Shown: piece after piece, positions 60,356 through 64,000 of the stretch | Layout of the letters: every line of letters starts with the position of its first letter | Position numbering within the stretch: position 1 is the stretch's first letter | Origin: Elsinoe ampelina | Taxonomy: Eukaryota | NCBI GenBank assembly: GCA_010093995.1 | Contig: ML992503.1 | Coordinates: 611,234-675,233 of the forward strand | DNA length: 64,000 nucleotides | Direction of reading: 5' to 3' | The notes under the pieces: generated by a model | What the model was told of the DNA's origin: nothing | The model's database searches: none | The model's input: the letters and a program-made list of their open reading frames with translations, nothing else | Translations under genes and position numbers: made by a program

Positions 60356-62309
60356 ATGTATAATCAGAGACGAATACTAGTGGTAGCCGGCTCTGATAGC
60401 TCAGGCGGAGCGTTAGTGATCCGTTTGCCACGTATTCTTCTTCATGACTAACTTACTCACAGCGGCCTGGAAGCAGATCAGAAAGTGATAGCAGCGCATG
60501 GCTGCTATGCCATGACAGCTACCACCGCCTTGACGGCACAAAATACGCTTGGAGTATCCGACATACACCAAATACCGTCAGGCTTTGTGGCCAAGCAGAT
60601 CGATGCTTGTGCTAGCGACGTCGGTGTCGACGTTCTCAAGACTGGTAAGATCTCTCCTCTCTTTCCCCATCCCTTTCACCTATCATATTTCTCTTGTATG
60701 AAATCACATACGTACCCAGACCCCATGAAATTGTCCTCTGAACAAGCCAGGCATGCTGGCTTCAGCAGAAACAATCAAGGTCGTGGCAAATGCTGTTAAG
60801 CAATACTCGATCACAAAATCCATCATAGACCCAGTAAGCTCCCAATCGTCACACAGAGCATACCGATCTGACGGAGACAGGTCATGGTTGCCACGAGTGG
60901 GGCTCGACTACTTCCCGAAGATGCCATCAAGACTCTCATATCGGATTTGTTACCCTCAACCTTTCTCCTCACACCCAACGTGCCAGAAGCGGTGCTCATA
61001 CTGAAGGAGACCGGCAAGGACCCAGGTCAGATATCAACCCTTGACGACCTCAAGCGCTTAGCCTACGATCTATCTTCACTCGGACCACGCAATGTTCTTG
61101 TCAAGGGCGGCCACTGTCCCCTCCCGTCTCCCAAAGACACCTCCACCAAAATCATCTACAACGTCCTGTACACCACCTCCCCACCAGCTCATCACGTCTT
61201 CACCTCCCCCCACCTCACATCCCCCAACACCCACGGCACAGGCTGCTCCCTCGCCTCCGCCATCGCCTCCAACCTCGCCATCTCCCCCACCACCCCTCTG
61301 GAAACCCACATCTCCACCTCCCTCTCCTACATCACTCACTGCATCTCCACCTCGCTCCCCCTCGGCCACGGCTCCGGCCCCATCAACCACCTCGCCCTGA
61401 TCCGACCTCTCCCCTTCATCCCCGGCTCCTTCATCAACCACCTCCTCACCCACCCCACCATCACCCCGCTGTGGCAAGCCTTCACCCACCACCCCTTCCT
61501 CACGCACCTCTGCGCCGCCACCCTCCCCCTGGCCAGCTACAAGCACTACATGACGCAAGACTACCTCTACCTCACCCACTTTGCCCGCGCCACTTCGCTA
61601 GCGGGGTACAAAGCCTCGACGCTCTCGCAAGCGGCAGCCTCCGCCGACATCGTGCTGCACATCGCGCGGGAGACCGAGCTCCACGTCACCGCCTGCGGAG
61701 AGCTGGGCTTGTCCAAGGACGAACTTGATCGAGCGGAGGAAAGCCCGGCCACGGTGGCGTACAGCCGGTTCATCCTCGACACGGGACTGCAGGGGGATTG
61801 GTTCGGGCTGCAGGTCGTCATGGGCCCGTGTCTGGTCGGGTACGGTGCGGCCGCGACGAGGTTGCATGCCGAGCGATCCGGGGCGGAGGGTCGGGAAGAG
61901 GACTTCACTGCCTCTCGGGCCAAGGACGCGACTTCGACCCTGGGCACGGTGGTATCTGACCAGGCGGAGCGGGAGGTCGAAGGGCAAGCGCGAGGCCAAG
62001 GGCGAGCGAAGCAGCACTACGACAAATGGATCGCCAACTACGTCGCCGAGGACTACCGAGCGGCCGTCGAGAAAGGTCGGGCGTTACTGGAAGAGCACGC
62101 CGTCAAGCAGAGCCCGGAGCGGATCGAGGAGTTGGTGAAGCTGTGGGCCATGGCCACCAAGGTACGAGTCCCCACCTCTTCTTCCACACGCCATCTCTCC
62201 GCTGGTCTCGGACCGGAGAAATGGGTGTGGAAGTGATTGGATTGAAAGCTGACAACGCCAGATGGAGATCGACTTCTGGGACAGCGCGCTTGCGGCCGGC
62301 AAGGCGTGA
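60356..62309 (+). CDS. THI20: HMP/HMP-P kinase - TenA (thiaminase II) fusion, multi-exon
   Basis: ILVVAGSDSSGGAGLEADQK, TALTAQNT, DPVMVATSG, TPNVPEA, THGTGCSLAS; TenA part QDYLYLTHFAR, PCLVGY, KWIANY, MEIDFWD. Confidence 0.92.
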
Positions 62310-63181
62310 GGCGCGAGATATGGACGTTGGTGGCGTTCTCGATCTGAGATGCCAGATCGCGGACGGTGCAGGCCTGCGGATAGACGATGTCGGAAACGGG
62401 GGCTAAAGCACGATGAGTACAAGACACGCCTCAAGCGCAGATAGGCGCCGGGCAGGTAGGGACGAAAATAGATATGGAAGCGCCGCACACGAGCAGATGC
62501 AAAAGTTTGAATCTGTACAGGATTACGATTTTCTCGGAGCCTCCACCTTTACTGCTCGGTGATGCCTCCCATGGGTCTACCTACGTGGCAAGTCCCACTT
62601 CCTCGCCATGCTATGCTCTCTCCCATGCGTATTGACCTCGTCTCTGCAGCGGACGACCATGAAATCTGCCTCAAATATTCTCAAAGTGTCCCTCCCGATG
62701 CAACCCGTCTGTCCGACCTTGGTCGGCTCGAAGAAGCTAATCCACCCTTTACGCGCGTGCAGTGACAAAAAAAAGTCCAAAATCGTTCCATAAAGTCGTC
62801 GTGGCAAGAAAAAGCGGAGGGGATATATGTTCGGAAGAAGCTGAAGTTTGTTTTTTGCGAAGCGAAAAAGCAACGGTATCGGTCGCGTGTGTATTAGGTT
62901 GGATGTTCTTGTTGAAGAGTATCCATGGTGATCATGCTGTGGTAGTGCGGAATTGCCTGAGCGTTTTGGGTATTTGTATCCGAATTGCGAAAAGGCTGAG
63001 TGGACATGTACAGTCGCGCGAGAGACAATGGCCACTGGGTTTGAGACATTGCGGAGGTGATTCATCGTGAAATAGAGGTGTGTCAAAAGGAAATTTCGGC
63101 CGTGACGTGTGCAGACGACAGGGTACTGGAGCCCGTCTGCACCTTGCTTTTCTCGATGCACTCGTCTGCCCTGCAGCATAT

Positions 63182-64000
63182 TTATTGCTGGTCGTACGAT
63201 GGAGTTTGTCGCTGTTCCTGCTCTGATGGTCCATCAGTCTTTGATTATGGCAGAAAGTAATGAGTAGTCGTGTGGTGCATCAGGAAAGCGTGATTATGGT
63301 GACGAAGGGTTTCACGCACGTTGAGGTTGCTGAGCGTACATCTGAGGCTGTTGACCGTACGGGCTCTGTGGGTAGCCACCATTGGTGGCATACATTTGAC
63401 CTTGGGCTTGGTATTGCTGACCATCTGGCTGAGGCTGGGTTGGAGTGTACTGTGGAGGAGCCTGACCAGGTGCTTGAGCGTAGCCGATGGGAGGTAGCTG
63501 AGGTGCACCAGGAAGAGCAGCCATCATGTGAGCAGGAGCATAGCCAGGACCTTGAGTAGGAGTGCCATCACCGACTGGACGGCCTTCGGTGCGTGCGCGT
63601 TCTTCGTCTTGCTTGCGCTGGTGCTCCTCTTCCTTCTTCTTGGCCTTCCACTCTTTGCGAATTTCTTTGAATTCTGCAACGCAAGTACGTTAGCTAGGGC
63701 TGCAAGCCACAACTGCTGTTCAAACGCTTGGTGCAGGACTAAGGGATTTAAAAATGCACCGGACTGCGAGCTAAGCCCCGCAAAGCCGGACGCTTCAAAC
63801 CGTCACTAAAGCAAGGCCCGCTACAACCACACGTCATTTTTTTGACATGTTTACAATTAATTGTAAATGTTGCAGCCGCGCATTCTTTTCGTGTCGGTTG
63901 AGCAATTTTGCGGAGAGAAGCGCGTGGAAGGAAAGAGAATGTAGAGACGTACCTTCTGGGGTCCGCTTTGTGCCGTGCGACTGCATAGTCACGTGTGCGT
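63182..64000 (-). CDS. CON7: 3' part of a Con7-type C2H2 zinc-finger transcription factor (5' end outside the window)
   Basis: AHVTMQSHGTKRTPE joins through a 279-nt intron (63,674-63,952) to EFKEIRKEWKAKKKEEE, followed by a Q/P/Y-rich tail. The stop is at 63,312 if unspliced, or at 63,182 if a last GTGCGT intron is removed. Confidence 0.88.

Noticed and set aside
60356..62309. TPP riboswitch in THI20 introns
   Set aside because: No recognisable TPP aptamer core seen. An Infernal scan with the TPP model would be decisive.
26066..62488. Many long overlapping or antisense ORFs (e.g. 26153..26971, 31711..32532, 35516..36199, 45351..45986)
   Set aside because: Shadows of GC-rich or skewed real genes, with low-complexity translations and no motifs.

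Overview
Filamentous ascomycete (Pezizomycotina) genomic DNA, judged from short GT-AG introns with CTRAY branch sites and a RIP footprint. It has two sharply separated compartments. Bases 1-25,986 are an AT-rich, RIP-mutated repeat block with a 950-nt N gap at 13,027-13,976. Reversing RIP transitions by eye reveals three fossil genes: a Plavaka (CMC/CACTA-like) transposase at ~17.9-20.65 kb, an intron-containing SNF2-family helicase immediately upstream of it, and the RT-RNaseH-3'LTR half of a Ty1/copia element. The block also holds several unidentified spliced gene relics, a collinear duplication with ~7.2-kb period, and a CAGTG terminus at 23,638 that abuts the copia fragment. The best reading is a large cargo-carrying Plavaka transposon inserted into a copia element. 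Bases 25,987-64,000 are gene-dense, with ~22 genes: GCIP-like, CFEM-GPI, ISN1, MED17, zf-PARP/AT-hook, Ifh1/Crf1-like, a secreted Cys-rich protein, F-box/LRR, NSE1, RPS16, ATS1, RAD9, CYB2, a metallophosphoesterase plus two nucleotidyltransferase-like genes, a P450, THI20 and the 3' part of CON7. The most notable items are the SNF2-carrying Plavaka element, the phosphoesterase/NTase/NTase-like trio, a 157-codon in-frame ORF directly behind the MED17 TAG, and recurrent C-to-G skew switches. All family assignments come from motif recognition by eye, not database searches.
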